From the NCBI GenBank assembly GCA_902604355.1, contig CACKYN010000002.1, forward strand, positions 13,630 through 77,629: DNA of 64,000 nt. The letters are read 5' to 3'. Both the position numbers and the translations under genes were made by a program. Under the pieces are notes generated by a model. That model had not been told where the DNA came from, made no database searches, and saw only the letters and a program-made list of their open reading frames with translations. Source of the DNA: an uncultured Pelagibacteraceae bacterium (GTDB lineage Bacteria; Pseudomonadota; Alphaproteobacteria; Pelagibacterales; Pelagibacteraceae). Shown one piece after another: positions 40,926-52,765 of this stretch; the stretch's first letter is position 1; each line of letters opens with the position of its first letter.

Positions 40926-41156
40926 TTAATTTTCCTTTGTTTTTATTGCTAAAGCATGTAATTCGTTACCCATTCTACCTTTTAATGAATTGTATACCAT
41001 TTTATGTTGTTCAATTTTACTTTTTCCTGAAAATTGAGATGAAGTTATGGTAGCAGAATAGTGATTTCCATCACCAGCTAAATCTTGTATTTCTACGATA
41101 GCATCGGGCATTGCCTCTTTAATTAAACTTTCAATTTCATTCAAATTCATTGCCAT
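40926..41156 (-). CDS. bolA: BolA family protein
   Basis: DLAGDGNHY, QHKMVY, LHALAI. Confidence 0.92.
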   Translation of the reverse strand: MAMNLNEIESLIKEAMPDAIVEIQDLAGDGNHYSATITSSQFSGKSKIEQHKMVYNSLKGRMGNELHALAIKTKEN

Positions 41157-43348
41157 TAGCTACTCATATAATCCTTTAACCACTTTGTATTAAACCCTTT
41201 TAATTCGTCAATTGTAACTTTTGTTTTTTCATTCAATAATAGCATATTTTCGTTGATTGTTCCAAGTTCATCATAATGTACTGCATTTTTGTTTAATATA
41301 TCAAGGACCTTTTTTTGATCTTTCTTACTAATTTCAATAATGTATCTTCCTTGATCTTCTGCAAAGAAATATTCTATTTCGCTGATTAAGTATTTTGGTT
41401 TTTTAAGATTAATACCTTTATTACCTTTAATACACATTTTTGAAATTGCAGTGATTATACCACCTAGAGAAATATCATGAGCACTTTTAATTAAATTTGC
41501 ATCAATTAACTTTAAAAGTGTTTCTCCATTATTTTTTTCATTAAATAGATTTATTTCTGGTGGAGGACCATTTTTTTCATTTAATATAACTCTTGCAAAT
41601 AAACTTTGATCAATATGACCCTCAGTTTTTCCAATAACTAAGACAACATTATCAACTTCCTTGAAATCCATAGTGATCATTTTAGAATAATCTTTTATAA
41701 GTCCAACTCCACCTATAGATGGAGTGGGCTTAATCCCTCGATCTTTTGTTTGATTATAGAAAGAAACATTTCCAGATACTACAGGAAATTTCAAATAAGA
41801 ACTTGCTTCTCCAATACCCTGAACACATTCAACAAACTCACCCATGTTTTCCTCATTTTCAGGACTACCAAAATTTAAACAATTTGTAATAGCAATAGGT
41901 TTTGCTCCAACAGATATTAAATTTCTAAAACTTTCACATACCACTTGTTTTCCTCCAGTAAGAGGATGGGCCCAACAATATACTGCAGATGAATCCACCG
42001 ATGCAGCAACTGCTTTATTGGTTCCATGAACCCTAACTACACCAGAGTCTCCACCAGGCTTTTGAATTGTGTCTCCCATCACAGTGTGATCATATTGTTG
42101 CCAGATCCATTCTTTACTACAGATATTTGGATTAGCTAAAACTTTTTTTAAAACCTCAATTATTTTTAAGTTATTTATATCATCTTTATTAATTTTATTT
42201 TTTTTTGGAAGTTTTGCTTTTTTCCATTTACGATCATACATTGGTGAATTTTCAACAAGAGTATTTACTGGTATGTCTGCAACTTTTTCTTTATCAAAAA
42301 AAAGTTCGATTTTTTTTGAGTTAGTTGTTTTTCCAATTATAGCAAAATCCAAGTTCCATTTATCAAATATTTTTTTTGCTAGATCTTCTTTTCCATTTTC
42401 TAAAACAATCAACATTCTCTCTTGACTTTCTGAAAGCATGATTTCATAAGGGGTCATTTTTGTTTCTCTACAAGGCACTTTATTTAAATTTATTTCTATA
42501 CCCAGATTTCCTTTTGAGGCCATTTCAATACTTGAGGAAGTTAGACCTGCCGCTCCCATATCTTGAATAGCAATAATTGAGTCTCCTTCCATTAATTCCA
42601 AACATGCTTCAAGTAAAAGTTTTTCTGTAAAAGGATCACCAACTTGGACGGTCGGTTTTTTTTCCTCAATTTTATCATCAAAACTAGCAGAAGCCATACT
42701 TGCTCCATGAATACCATCACGACCTGTCTTAGATCCAACGTATATTACAGGCTTGTCTAAACCTGCAGCTTTTGAATAAAAAATCTTATCTTTCTTAACT
42801 AATCCTAAGGTCATTGCGTTTACTAGAATATTCCCGTTATAAGAACTGTCAAAACTGGTTTGTCCTGCAACAGTTGGAACTCCCATGCAATTTCCATATC
42901 CTCCTATTCCATGTACAACACCTCTTAATAGATTTTTTGTTTTTTTATGCTGAGTTGAACCAAAGTGTATTGAATTTAAATTGGCTATTGGTCTAGCACC
43001 CATCGTGAACACATCTCTCATTATTCCACCAACTCCAGTGGCAGCACCTTGATAAGGTTCAATGAAAGAAGGATGGTTATGACTTTCAATTTTAAAAACA
43101 ATTGCATCATTATCTCCAATGTCCACTACTCCAGCATTTTCACCAGGCCCTTGAATAACTTGTTTACCTTTTGTTGGTAATTTTTTTAAATGTAATCTTG
43201 ATGATTTATAGGAACAGTGTTCGTTCCACATTGCTGAAAAAATTCCTAACTCTGTAATGTTAGGAGTTCTCTTTAAAAGTTGACAGATTTTTTTATACTC
43301 TTCTTCTTTTAATCCATGATCGATAGCTATTTTTTCGTTTACAGTCAT
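41156..43348 (-). CDS. purL: FGAM synthase subunit PurL
   Basis: [32 protein letters not shown]. Confidence 0.97.
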   Translation of the reverse strand: MTVNEKIAIDHGLKEEEYKKICQLLKRTPNITELGIFSAMWNEHCSYKSSRLHLKKLPTKGKQVIQGPGENAGVVDIGDNDAIVFKIESHNHPSFIEPYQGAATGVGGIMRDVFTMGARPIANLNSIHFGSTQHKKTKNLLRGVVHGIGGYGNCMGVPTVAGQTSFDSSYNGNILVNAMTLGLVKKDKIFYSKAAGLDKPVIYVGSKTGRDGIHGASMASASFDDKIEEKKPTVQVGDPFTEKLLLEACLELMEGDSIIAIQDMGAAGLTSSSIEMASKGNLGIEINLNKVPCRETKMTPYEIMLSESQERMLIVLENGKEDLAKKIFDKWNLDFAIIGKTTNSKKIELFFDKEKVADIPVNTLVENSPMYDRKWKKAKLPKKNKINKDDINNLKIIEVLKKVLANPNICSKEWIWQQYDHTVMGDTIQKPGGDSGVVRVHGTNKAVAASVDSSAVYCWAHPLTGGKQVVCESFRNLISVGAKPIAITNCLNFGSPENEENMGEFVECVQGIGEASSYLKFPVVSGNVSFYNQTKDRGIKPTPSIGGVGLIKDYSKMITMDFKEVDNVVLVIGKTEGHIDQSLFARVILNEKNGPPPEINLFNEKNNGETLLKLIDANLIKSAHDISLGGIITAISKMCIKGNKGINLKKPKYLISEIEYFFAEDQGRYIIEISKKDQKKVLDILNKNAVHYDELGTINENMLLLNEKTKVTIDELKGFNTKWLKDYMSS

Positions 43349-44028
43349 TTTAAATTATTAATTAAGTTTTTAAAAAAAAGAGAGCCATCTTCACCTGACA
43401 AAGAAGGGTCAATCATCCTTTCAGGATGAGGCATCATTCCCAAAACATTTTTTTCTTTATTAAAAATTCCAGCAATATTTTTTAAAGATCCGTTGGGATT
43501 AAATAATTCTTCAATTTTACCTTCGTTATTGCAATAATTGATTGCAACTTGAGCATTGTCTTCAATTTCTTTTAATTGATCATTTGTACAAAAATAGTTT
43601 CCCTCATTATGAGCGATGTGTAGTTCTAATATATTGTTATTAATATTTTTAAAATAAGCATTATCTTTATCGCTAATTTTAACAAAAACATTTTTACAAA
43701 TAAATTCTAAATATTTATTTCTTAATAAAACTCCAGGTACTAATCCTGTTTCAACTAAAATTTGAAAACCATTACAAATACCCATCACCATTCCACCAGA
43801 ATTTGCAAAATTAATTACAGATTGCATAATTTTAGATTTAGAGGCCATGCTTCCACATCTTAGATAATCCCCATAAGAAAAACCACCAGGTAAAACTACC
43901 AGGTCACTTTTTGGTAATTCAACATCTTGATGCCAAACCATTTTGTTTTTAAAACCAAACTTTTTCAGAGCAACATCCATATCTCTATCACAATTAGAAC
44001 CTGGAAATGTAATAACTGCTGATTTCAT
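43345..44028 (-). CDS. purQ: FGAM synthase subunit PurQ
   Basis: [31 protein letters not shown]. Confidence 0.97.
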   Translation of the reverse strand: MKSAVITFPGSNCDRDMDVALKKFGFKNKMVWHQDVELPKSDLVVLPGGFSYGDYLRCGSMASKSKIMQSVINFANSGGMVMGICNGFQILVETGLVPGVLLRNKYLEFICKNVFVKISDKDNAYFKNINNNILELHIAHNEGNYFCTNDQLKEIEDNAQVAINYCNNEGKIEELFNPNGSLKNIAGIFNKEKNVLGMMPHPERMIDPSLSGEDGSLFFKNLINNLK

Positions 44029-44031
44029 TAA

Positions 44032-44274
44032 TTACAGTGCATCAATAATTTTGTAATTTTCAATTACAAGATTAGCTAAAAGTTTTTTGCACATTTCTTC
44101 AACTTTATCTTTTGCTTTTTTAGGATTTGTTTCTTTAGTATCAATTTCAAAATATTTACCTTGTCTTACCTCATTAACATCATTAAAGCCCATACCATCG
44201 AGGGCTTGATGAATAACTTTACCTTGAGGATCTAAAACATCTTTTTTAAGTGTTATAATTACTGATATTTTCAT
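44032..44274 (-). CDS. purS: FGAM synthase subunit PurS
   Basis: [19 protein letters not shown]. Confidence 0.96.
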   Translation of the reverse strand: MKISVIITLKKDVLDPQGKVIHQALDGMGFNDVNEVRQGKYFEIDTKETNPKKAKDKVEEMCKKLLANLVIENYKIIDAL

Positions 44275-45056
44275 TTGCGCTTTCTTTTAACTGAAGATAG
44301 TTTTGTTACGTTGACTGCGCTTAAATTGGATTGTTCATGAAGAATTCCAAGTCTTTTTGCGACTTCAGTATAAGCTGGAATTAGATCTCCAAGATCTTTT
44401 CTAAATCTATCTTTATCTAATTTTTTGTCAGTTAAACTGTCCCATAACCTGCAAGTATCAGGACTTATTTCGTCAGCTAAGATCACATCTTTTTTTCCAT
44501 TAGTATCCAGTCTTCCAAACTCTAATTTAAAGTCTATAAGCTTTATTCCAACACCTCTAAACATTCCAATCATAAAATCGTTTATTCTTAAAATCATTTT
44601 TTTTACTTTTTCTATTTCTTTTTTAGATGCCCAATCAAAAGCAAGAATATGTTCTTCAGCAATTAATGGATCACCAAGTTTGTCATCTTTTAAGCAATAT
44701 TCAATTAAAGGCTCTTTTAAAATAGTTCCATCTTCAATTCCAAGACGTTTTGTTAAAGATCCTGTAGCAACATTTCTTACAATAAATTCAATAGGAATTA
44801 TTTCAACAAGTTTAACAACTTGCTCACGCATATTTAATCTTTTAACTAAGTGGTTTTTGATACCTATTTGTGAAAGGCTTGAAAGTATATGTTCAGAAAT
44901 TCTATTGTTTAAAACACCTTTTCCTTCAATTGTAGATTTTTTTTGATTATTAAAAGCTGTTGCGTCATCTTTAAAATATTGAATTACTAAGTCTTTATCT
45001 GATGTAGCATAAATAATTTTAGCTTTTCCTTCGTATAATTTTTTCCCTTTTTTCAT
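44271..45056 (-). CDS. purC: SAICAR synthase
   Basis: [22 protein letters not shown]. Confidence 0.97.
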   Translation of the reverse strand: MKKGKKLYEGKAKIIYATSDKDLVIQYFKDDATAFNNQKKSTIEGKGVLNNRISEHILSSLSQIGIKNHLVKRLNMREQVVKLVEIIPIEFIVRNVATGSLTKRLGIEDGTILKEPLIEYCLKDDKLGDPLIAEEHILAFDWASKKEIEKVKKMILRINDFMIGMFRGVGIKLIDFKLEFGRLDTNGKKDVILADEISPDTCRLWDSLTDKKLDKDRFRKDLGDLIPAYTEVAKRLGILHEQSNLSAVNVTKLSSVKRKRK

Positions 45057-46348
45057 TATTTAAAAACTCTTCTAAAGATTAAGTTTACATTTTTAAAATG
45101 TTTAGAGTAACTGAAAATAGATTTTAGTCTTTTTTGAGAAATTTTCGTCATGATTAATTTATCCTTTAAAAGAACATCATATAAATTTAGATTTTCCGCA
45201 AAACACTTTTTTGCATAGCTCTGAACCATTTTATAGGATTTTTCTCTGCTTAACCCAGATTTTGTTAGTTCTAACATAACTTCTTGAGAAAAAATTAAAC
45301 CTTTGGTTATATTTAAATTTTCAAGCATTTTTTTTGGATAAACAATCATAGTATCTAAAATATTCGCAAGTCTAACTAAAGCAAAGTCTGTTGTGATATT
45401 GGCGTCTGGACCAATGTTTCTCTCAACACTTGAATGAGATATATCTCTCTCATGCCATAGCGCAATATTTTCTAATGCAGGCATAACCATACTTCTTACC
45501 ATTCTTGCTAGCCCAGTTAGGTTTTCACTTAAAATAGGATTTTTTTTGTGAGGCATAGCAGATGAACCTTTTTGATTTTTTGAAAAATATTCCTGCAATT
45601 CGTAAACTTCTGTTCTCTGCAAGTGTCTAATTTCAATAGCAACTCTCTCAATTGAACCTGCTATAATTCCTAAAACTGAAAAATAGAATGCATGTCTATC
45701 TCTAGGAATAATTTGTGTTGAAATTGGTTCAACTTTTAGACCTAATTTCTTTGCAACATGTTTTTCAACACCAGGATTGATGTTGGCAAATGTCCCAACA
45801 GCTCCTGAAATTGCACAGGTAGATACTTCATCGATAGCATTTGCCAATCTGTTCCTATTTCTCTTAAATTCCTCGTAAAATGAAGCTAATTTTAAACCAA
45901 ACGTAATTGGTTCTGCGTGAATACCATGACTACGTCCCATACAAGGAGTGAGTTTATATTTTTTTGCTTGTCTTTTAAGAACCTTTAAAATTTGATCTAT
46001 ATCTTTTAAAATGATTTTTCCTGATTGGATTAATTGAATGTTAAAACTAGTATCCAAAACATCCGAGGAAGTCATTCCTTGATGAAGGTATCTAGCTTTA
46101 ATTCCTGCTTGTTCAGTAACAGATGTTAGAAACGCAATCACATCATGTTTAACTTCGGACTCTATTTTATGAATTCTCGATACATTAATTTTAGTTTTTT
46201 TTCTAACAACAGATGAAACACCCCTAGGAATTTGTCCGAGCTTTTCCATTGCTTCTGCAGCAGCAATTTCAACATCTAACCAGATTTTATATTTATTTTC
46301 TTCTGACCAAATATCAGTTAATTGTTTACGCGAGTATCTTTTTATCAT
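45056..46348 (-). CDS. purB: Adenylosuccinate lyase
   Basis: [30 protein letters not shown]. Confidence 0.97.
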   Translation of the reverse strand: MIKRYSRKQLTDIWSEENKYKIWLDVEIAAAEAMEKLGQIPRGVSSVVRKKTKINVSRIHKIESEVKHDVIAFLTSVTEQAGIKARYLHQGMTSSDVLDTSFNIQLIQSGKIILKDIDQILKVLKRQAKKYKLTPCMGRSHGIHAEPITFGLKLASFYEEFKRNRNRLANAIDEVSTCAISGAVGTFANINPGVEKHVAKKLGLKVEPISTQIIPRDRHAFYFSVLGIIAGSIERVAIEIRHLQRTEVYELQEYFSKNQKGSSAMPHKKNPILSENLTGLARMVRSMVMPALENIALWHERDISHSSVERNIGPDANITTDFALVRLANILDTMIVYPKKMLENLNITKGLIFSQEVMLELTKSGLSREKSYKMVQSYAKKCFAENLNLYDVLLKDKLIMTKISQKRLKSIFSYSKHFKNVNLIFRRVFK

Positions 46349-46351
46349 TAA

Positions 46352-47122
46352 TTATAAGTATGGAGGCTTTGAATAACCTTTAGCAGATTCTGTAAAGATT
46401 TCATAACCATTTTCAGTAATTCCTAACGTATGTTCAAATTGAGCAGATAAAGATTTATCTTTTGTAACTGCTGTCCAACCATCATTTAACATTTTTACAT
46501 CATATTTTCCTGAGTTAATCATAGGTTCAATAGTAAAAGTCATTCCAGGTCTAAGTTCCATACCTGTATTCTTGCTGCCATAATGTAAAATATTAGGAGC
46601 TTCATGAAATGTTGTGCTAATACCATGACCACAAAAATCTCTTACTACAGAAAAACCTTTTTCTTCAACGTATGACTGAATTGTGTATCCAATATCACCT
46701 AATTTTATTCCTGGTCTTAAAATTTTAATTGCTCTCATCATTGACTCGTAAGTTGTCTCGATTAAGTTATTTAATTTAACTGGAGTTTTGCCAACACAAA
46801 ACATTCTACTAGTGTCACCATAATGCTCATCAACAATTGCGGTAACGTCTACATTAACTGCGTCACCATCTCTTAAAATTCTATCAGAAGGTATACCGTG
46901 ACAAACAACATGATTTAAAGATGTACATAGTGATTTTGTAAATCCTCTGTAATAAAGTGGAGCAGAGTAACCTCCATTATCTCTTATGAATTCATATCCT
47001 AATTTATCAATGTAATCTGTACTTACACCTTCCTTAATGTTTTCTGTCAACATATCCAAGGTCCTTGCTGCAAGATTACCTGCAACTTTCATCTTTTTAA
47101 ATTTTTCTTTATAATCACTCAT
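46352..47122 (-). CDS. map: Methionine aminopeptidase type I
   Basis: VCHGIP, GDTSR, CGHGI, FTIEPM, AQFEHT. Confidence 0.97.
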   Translation of the reverse strand: MSDYKEKFKKMKVAGNLAARTLDMLTENIKEGVSTDYIDKLGYEFIRDNGGYSAPLYYRGFTKSLCTSLNHVVCHGIPSDRILRDGDAVNVDVTAIVDEHYGDTSRMFCVGKTPVKLNNLIETTYESMMRAIKILRPGIKLGDIGYTIQSYVEEKGFSVVRDFCGHGISTTFHEAPNILHYGSKNTGMELRPGMTFTIEPMINSGKYDVKMLNDGWTAVTKDKSLSAQFEHTLGITENGYEIFTESAKGYSKPPYL

Positions 47123-47813
47123 CTATTATTTTAAGTTTTTGATCTATAAAAATTCTTTTTGAACTTATGTTGCATCTGTAAGCTAAAAAATTTACTCCTG
47201 CTTTTTTAGCTAGCAAATAATTTTTATAATACTGCTCATCTATATCTTTAGCTATTTTAAAATATTTCATATTTTGAATTTGAACTAAAAATAATAGATA
47301 GGTTTTATAACCTTTTTTTATGGCATCAATAAGGGTTAATAGATGTTTTGATCCTCTAGAGGTTACAGCATCAGGAAATTCGGCAGTGTTTTTGTCTCTA
47401 AATAAAGTAACATTTTTAACTTCTAGGAAGCTTTTTTGGGTTTTTTTTTCTAATAAAAAATCAAATCTGGTCTCTTTATTAAAAAATACCTCTGGTTTAA
47501 TAACATCGTTGTTTTTAAGTTCATTGATTAGGTTATTTTCTAAACCATGCTGTGCAATTCTATTAGCCATGTGAGTATTAACTCCAACCAAATTCTTCCT
47601 TGAATTTATAATCTCTAGCCCAAACTTAAGTTTTCGCTTAGGATCATTATTTGGAAGTAAATAAACTTCGTTACCCTTATCTAATAAGCCTTTCATTGAT
47701 CCTGTATTTGGGCAATGAGCTGTGACAGTTTCTTTTTGCAACTTCACATCAGTAAAAAATCTTTTATAGCGTTTGATTAATTTGCCTTTTATTAAAGACT
47801 TGGTAAATTCCAT
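47115..47813 (-). CDS. sfsA: SfsA family nuclease-like protein
   Basis: RYKRF, AHCPNTGSM, EVKNV, FPDAVT.RG.KHL; start ATG 47813. Confidence 0.93.
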   Translation of the reverse strand: MEFTKSLIKGKLIKRYKRFFTDVKLQKETVTAHCPNTGSMKGLLDKGNEVYLLPNNDPKRKLKFGLEIINSRKNLVGVNTHMANRIAQHGLENNLINELKNNDVIKPEVFFNKETRFDFLLEKKTQKSFLEVKNVTLFRDKNTAEFPDAVTSRGSKHLLTLIDAIKKGYKTYLLFLVQIQNMKYFKIAKDIDEQYYKNYLLAKKAGVNFLAYRCNISSKRIFIDQKLKIIDE

Positions 47814-47833
47814 CACTAAATTATATATATAAA

Positions 47834-48583
47834 ATGAGCAAAAAAACAAAAGTTAATGCCGCGATTTTGATTATAGGCAATGAAATATTGTCTGGCAGAA
47901 CTCAGGATACTAACACTTCAACTATAGCTATTTGGTTAAACTCAATTGGTGTTAAAGTAGAGGAGGTTAGGGTAATTCCTGATGTTGAAAAAACAATTAT
48001 TGATACATTAAATTTATTAAAATCAACTTACGATTATGTTTTTACAACTGGAGGTATAGGTCCAACTCACGACGATATCACAGCAGAATCTGTTTCGAAA
48101 ACATTTGGTATAAAATATGAAATACATAAAGAAGCTTTTAAAATTTTAGAAGCATACTACAAACCAGGTGAATTTAATGAAGGGCGACAGAAAATGTGCT
48201 GGATGCCTGAAAACGCAAATTTAATTTTAAACCCAACAAGTGGTGCTCCTGGATTTAACGTTGAAAATGTTTTTTGCTTGCCAGGTGTGCCATCTATACT
48301 TAAATCAATGCTAGGGGGTCTAACAAATATTATAGTTGGAGGAGAACCAATTAAAAGTCATACGATAAGTTTAAGAACAGTTGAAAGCGAAATAGCAAAC
48401 TCTTTAACCAAAGTACAAAATGATAATCAAGATGTTGAAATAGGAAGCTATCCTTTTTTTCATGCTGGAAAATTAGGTGTTTCAATTGTAATTAGATCTG
48501 AGGATCAATCAAAAATAGATTTATGTAATTCTCAAATTCTAAAATTTGTCAATGCAAAAAAAATTGAGGTAGTTGAGAGGTAA
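47834..48583 (+). CDS. CinA N-terminal-like/molybdopterin-binding domain protein
   Basis: IGNEILSGRT.DTN, TGGIGPTHDDIT, LPGVP. Confidence 0.88.
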   Translation: MSKKTKVNAAILIIGNEILSGRTQDTNTSTIAIWLNSIGVKVEEVRVIPDVEKTIIDTLNLLKSTYDYVFTTGGIGPTHDDITAESVSKTFGIKYEIHKEAFKILEAYYKPGEFNEGRQKMCWMPENANLILNPTSGAPGFNVENVFCLPGVPSILKSMLGGLTNIIVGGEPIKSHTISLRTVESEIANSLTKVQNDNQDVEIGSYPFFHAGKLGVSIVIRSEDQSKIDLCNSQILKFVNAKKIEVVER

Positions 48584-48984
48584 TGCTTTATTTTGCATAT
48601 GGAAGTAATTTGCATCACTTTCAGATGAAAAGAAGATGCAAAGACTGTATTTTTTTAAAAAAAATTAATTTAAAAGATTTTAGACTTACCTTTAGAAGTA
48701 AATACAGAGCTGCAGATATTGAAATTAAAAAAAATTCAATTGTACCTGGAGCCCTTTTTGAGATTTCAAAAAGTGATGAAAAAAAATTGGATGTATATGA
48801 AGACTATCCAACACTCTATAAGAAACATTATTTTTATTATTATGGAAAAAAAGTAATGACTTATACAATGGTTAAAAAATCACCATTTAAGTTTCCAACA
48901 GAAAGATATTTAAATGTTGTGAAAAGAGGATACAAAGATTGTAAGCTTGATAAAATGTATCTAATTAATGCCTTGAGACCTTAA
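48583..48984 (+). CDS. Gamma-glutamylcyclotransferase family
   Basis: YFAYGSNL, LD.YE. Confidence 0.85.
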   Translation: MLYFAYGSNLHHFQMKRRCKDCIFLKKINLKDFRLTFRSKYRAADIEIKKNSIVPGALFEISKSDEKKLDVYEDYPTLYKKHYFYYYGKKVMTYTMVKKSPFKFPTERYLNVVKRGYKDCKLDKMYLINALRP

Positions 48985-48992
48985 AATTTATT

Positions 48993-50291
48993 ATGTTTTT
49001 ACATACAAAATTAGAAAATAGAAAGGATCCTATAAAAATTTGTTTTATTGGATGTGGTAAATTTGTGAGTATGTTTTTAGCTCAATACAATCATTTAGAT
49101 AAAATTCAAATCGACAGCATTGTTGACATTAATATAGATCAAGCAAAGCAAAATTGCCAAAAAAGTGGTTTAAATGAGCGAACTGTTAGACAAATAAATT
49201 ATTCAAGTTCATTAGAGGAAGTTCTAGATAGAGATATCGAAATCTTTATCGAAGCAACAGGCAACCCAATAGTTGGCACTGTCCATGCAGCTAAGATAAT
49301 AAAAAATAAAAAACATGTAATATTAGTCAATGTTGAAGCAGATATAACTTGTGGGAAATATTTATCTGATCTTGCAAAAGAAAAAGGCGTTATTTGTTCA
49401 ATGGCTTACGGAGATCAACCATCTTTAATTCTAGAACAAATAGAGTGGGCAAGATTAAATGGATTTTCAATAGTTTGCGCTGGTAAAGGTACGAAATATC
49501 ACCCAACTTTTGAATATTCTACACCTGATACTGTTTGGGGTCACTATGGTCTAACTAAAGAACGAGCTGAGAATGAGTCAGGAATGAATCCAAAAATGTT
49601 TAATAGTTTTTTATGTGGAGACAAGTCTGCAATTGAAATGTGTGCAGTTAGCAATGCAGCTAATTTAAAGTGCCCCAGTAATGGATTAACTTTTCCTCCA
49701 GTTGGTGTTTATGATATTGCAAAAAAAATGATCCCAAAAAATGATGGTGGATTAATTGAGTTTGACGGGCAAGTTGAGGTTATTTCAAGTATAGACTTAA
49801 AAAAAAAAGATATTCCAAATGATTTAAGATGGGGTGTTTATATTGTTATTAAAGCGCAAAATGAATATGTAAAAAATTGTTTTAAAGATTATGGAATGGT
49901 AACAGATAAGTCTGGAAACTACTCAGCAATCTGGAGACCTTATCATTACATTGGATTAGAGTTAGCACAATCAGTTTATACAATAGCATTAGATAACAGA
50001 GCAACAGGCTATACAAAAAATTATAATGCAGATGTTGCAAGTATTGCTAAAAAAGATCTTAAAGCAGGTGAAAAACTAGATGGAGAGGGAGGGTTTTGTG
50101 CAAGAGGTAGATTAATTACATCTAAAAAATCTAAAAAAGAAATGATTTTACCGCTGGGTTTAACTGATAATGCAGTTTTAAAAAAAAATATAAATAAGGA
50201 TGAAGTTATCAAGATTGATGATGTTGAGTTAAATCTTCCAAATGAAGTAACTGAGGCAAGAAATTATCAGTATAATTTATTAAACAGTTAA
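48993..50291 (+). CDS. NAD(P)-dependent oxidoreductase with C-terminal SAF domain (homoserine dehydrogenase-like)
   Basis: IGCGKF, EATG, AYGDQP, NPKMFNSF, AKKDLKAGE.LDGEGG. Confidence 0.8.
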   Translation: MFLHTKLENRKDPIKICFIGCGKFVSMFLAQYNHLDKIQIDSIVDINIDQAKQNCQKSGLNERTVRQINYSSSLEEVLDRDIEIFIEATGNPIVGTVHAAKIIKNKKHVILVNVEADITCGKYLSDLAKEKGVICSMAYGDQPSLILEQIEWARLNGFSIVCAGKGTKYHPTFEYSTPDTVWGHYGLTKERAENESGMNPKMFNSFLCGDKSAIEMCAVSNAANLKCPSNGLTFPPVGVYDIAKKMIPKNDGGLIEFDGQVEVISSIDLKKKDIPNDLRWGVYIVIKAQNEYVKNCFKDYGMVTDKSGNYSAIWRPYHYIGLELAQSVYTIALDNRATGYTKNYNADVASIAKKDLKAGEKLDGEGGFCARGRLITSKKSKKEMILPLGLTDNAVLKKNINKDEVIKIDDVELNLPNEVTEARNYQYNLLNS

Positions 50292-50303
50292 AGAAAAAAG
50301 AAA

Positions 50304-51575
50304 TTAGTTATATTTTTTCTCCATTAATAGATCTAAAAATAACGAAGCAGTCCATGAAAAATTGTTTGCTCCAAATGCTTCTCCAGTTTTAAAACTATAG
50401 TATTCATAGAAGCCATTTTTTTTAATGAGATTGATTGTTTTTTCCTTAATTTTATCAGCAAATTTTTTATCTTTATTCTTTAACCCTTGATAGATAATCC
50501 AGTTACAATTTATCCAGACTGGGCCTCTCCAGTAGCGCTTTTCCTCAAATTTTCCATAATTTGGTTTAATACTAGAAAATAGATAACTTTCATGTTGGTT
50601 GTGATTTTTCAAATGTCTGATTATTTTTTTATTAATAAGTTGATTTTTTAAATCAGCAAATAATATAAAATAATTTGTAATTGAAGGAACAATAATTTTT
50701 TTTTTATTTTTTCTATCATAATTTACAAAGACTCCTTTTTTTGTATCAAATAATTTCTCAATCTGACTTTCCGACTTTAAAATAAATTTTTGTAATTTAT
50801 TATGTTCTAAATTAAATGATTTAAGTAACTCTAATAAATCTTTATTTGCTTTTAAAAAGATTGAATTAAACCCTACATCTACCACATTAAACATAGATTT
50901 ATCGTAAAGTTTTTTTGGGTTATATTTATTTTTTCTTAAATGATTTTTGATGGTCACATATCTATCATAATCTTCGTCTAAGGGTCTGTAGTCTGGATTT
51001 ATAACTTTATTATCTCCTCTTTTATATTTTAAATTTTTTTCAACTTTAACTTCATTCATCGAATAATCCCAAAGAGGAGAATTATCATATCCACTCTCCC
51101 AAGGATGTAATATAGATACTAATCCAGTATTTTTTGGATCCCTATATTTAATTAACCATTCATGATATTTTTTTAATTTTTTAATTATTGATTTAATTTT
51201 TATTTTTTCAGAAACTTTAATTTTATTTTTATCTAAAATTTTTTTTAACATAATCGCTAGCACTGGTGGCTGAGTTATTCCTGAAGAATGTATCTTGTTT
51301 CCACAATTCCACACAGAATGATTTGGATAATAATTTGTGTTTAAATCGTGAAATAAAATATGAGGTATCATACCGTCTTTCCATTGGCCTTTTAAAAGGG
51401 TTGTTATTTCATCAAGGGCATATTTAAGATTAAAATGTGAATATCCTAAAGCAATAAAACCCGAGTCCCATTTCCATTGTGCAGGATATAGCTTATTATT
51501 TGTAGGTAATGTAAAACCTTTTTTTTTATTACCCAACAAAACCTTTTTTGCCTTTTCTATTAAATTTTGTCTCAA
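50304..51575 (-). CDS. GH63-like glucosyl/mannosylglycerate hydrolase
   Basis: LYPAQWKWDSGF, SGITQPP, HPWESGYDNSP, YWRGPVW, FSWTA. Confidence 0.82.
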   Translation of the reverse strand: MRQNLIEKAKKVLLGNKKKGFTLPTNNKLYPAQWKWDSGFIALGYSHFNLKYALDEITTLLKGQWKDGMIPHILFHDLNTNYYPNHSVWNCGNKIHSSGITQPPVLAIMLKKILDKNKIKVSEKIKIKSIIKKLKKYHEWLIKYRDPKNTGLVSILHPWESGYDNSPLWDYSMNEVKVEKNLKYKRGDNKVINPDYRPLDEDYDRYVTIKNHLRKNKYNPKKLYDKSMFNVVDVGFNSIFLKANKDLLELLKSFNLEHNKLQKFILKSESQIEKLFDTKKGVFVNYDRKNKKKIIVPSITNYFILFADLKNQLINKKIIRHLKNHNQHESYLFSSIKPNYGKFEEKRYWRGPVWINCNWIIYQGLKNKDKKFADKIKEKTINLIKKNGFYEYYSFKTGEAFGANNFSWTASLFLDLLMEKKYN

Positions 51576-52765
51576 CCTTTTACACTCCCTGCAGTAAGAC
51601 CACTAACTAGATATTTTTCAAAATAAACAAAAATAAATAGAACGGGCAAAGTCACAATCACAGAACCCGCCATTAAATATTGTCTAGGCGTTTCTGCATC
51701 ACCACTTAAATATTGTATGGCTCTTGAAAGAGTAAAAGAATTTGGGTTATCTAGAAACATTAAAGAAAATAAAAATTCGTTCCAAGCTATCATAAAAACA
51801 TATAAAGCCACAGAAGATATTGCAGGAATACTAAGTGGAATGATAATTTTAGTAATTATTCCAAACCAACTAAGTTTATCTAATATAGCAGCCTCCTCCA
51901 ATTCTTTAGGGATACTTTTAAAATATCCTTGTAGCATATAAATTGCTACTGGAAGAGTTGTGGCTGTATAAACAATCAACAAACCCTCTATAGAATTTCT
52001 TAGACCTAATTGACTAAAGATTGTGTATAGAGGAATTACCAAAACAATTGCAGGAAACATATAAATTATCAATATTGATGTCGACATAAATGTTTTTCCA
52101 AAAAAATTTAATCTAGCAATTGCATACGCTGCTGGTATAGCAAAAATAAGAGTTATGATTACAGTACCCACAGAGACGATGGTGCTAGTTAAAATATATC
52201 TACCAAAATTATAGGACTCAAAAATTACAAAATATGATTTAAATAAACCCTTCAAATCTTGACCAAAATTAATACTAAAGTCTAATGGATTAACTAATAA
52301 TGCTATTTGAGTTTTAAAACTTGTTATTAACATCATATAAAAAGGAAAAAGTATAACAAAAGAAAAAAATAAAATTCCAAATAAAGTTAAGAAGTCAAAA
52401 AAGATAACCTGCGTTGAGTGTTGTTCTCTTAAATTTACAAAACTATATTTATTTATTTTATTAACAAAAAAATATAAAATTAAAAAAACACCAATATTAT
52501 ACCACAGCGGCAATTTTTGAATTAGGTAACCATCACAAATAACAAAAATTAAAGAAAAAAGAATTGATTTATAAAAATCTTTAATTTTATTGCCTATCCT
52601 TAAGTTAGCAAATGATATTAGAACACCAAAAATAAAAATTATTTGTAGGTTAAAGTTTTGAATATTTAAACCTTGTAATGTTGCTAATATTTTCCATATA
52701 GAAACTATAAATATCAAAAAAAATGATGATATTAATGCAAATAAAATTAAATTTTTAGTTTTCAT
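51572..52765 (-). CDS. Carbohydrate ABC transporter permease (MalG-like) with extra N-terminal TMs
   Basis: IPKELEEAA..D, AWNEFL, GLTAGSVKG. Confidence 0.9.
   Translation of the reverse strand: MKTKNLILFALISSFFLIFIVSIWKILATLQGLNIQNFNLQIIFIFGVLISFANLRIGNKIKDFYKSILFSLIFVICDGYLIQKLPLWYNIGVFLILYFFVNKINKYSFVNLREQHSTQVIFFDFLTLFGILFFSFVILFPFYMMLITSFKTQIALLVNPLDFSINFGQDLKGLFKSYFVIFESYNFGRYILTSTIVSVGTVIITLIFAIPAAYAIARLNFFGKTFMSTSILIIYMFPAIVLVIPLYTIFSQLGLRNSIEGLLIVYTATTLPVAIYMLQGYFKSIPKELEEAAILDKLSWFGIITKIIIPLSIPAISSVALYVFMIAWNEFLFSLMFLDNPNSFTLSRAIQYLSGDAETPRQYLMAGSVIVTLPVLFIFVYFEKYLVSGLTAGSVKG

Noticed and set aside
44425-44946. 173-aa ORF antisense to purC, and the other short antisense or nested ORFs in the track (e.g. 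771-1010, 6872-7141, 21331-21736, 54129-54668, 63179-63849)
   Set aside because: All overlap well-supported genes and have no motifs; they are expected shadows of codon bias
40586-47122. purBCSQL-bolA-grxD cluster
   Set aside because: Ordinary conserved alphaproteobacterial synteny; no riboswitch-sized leader seen
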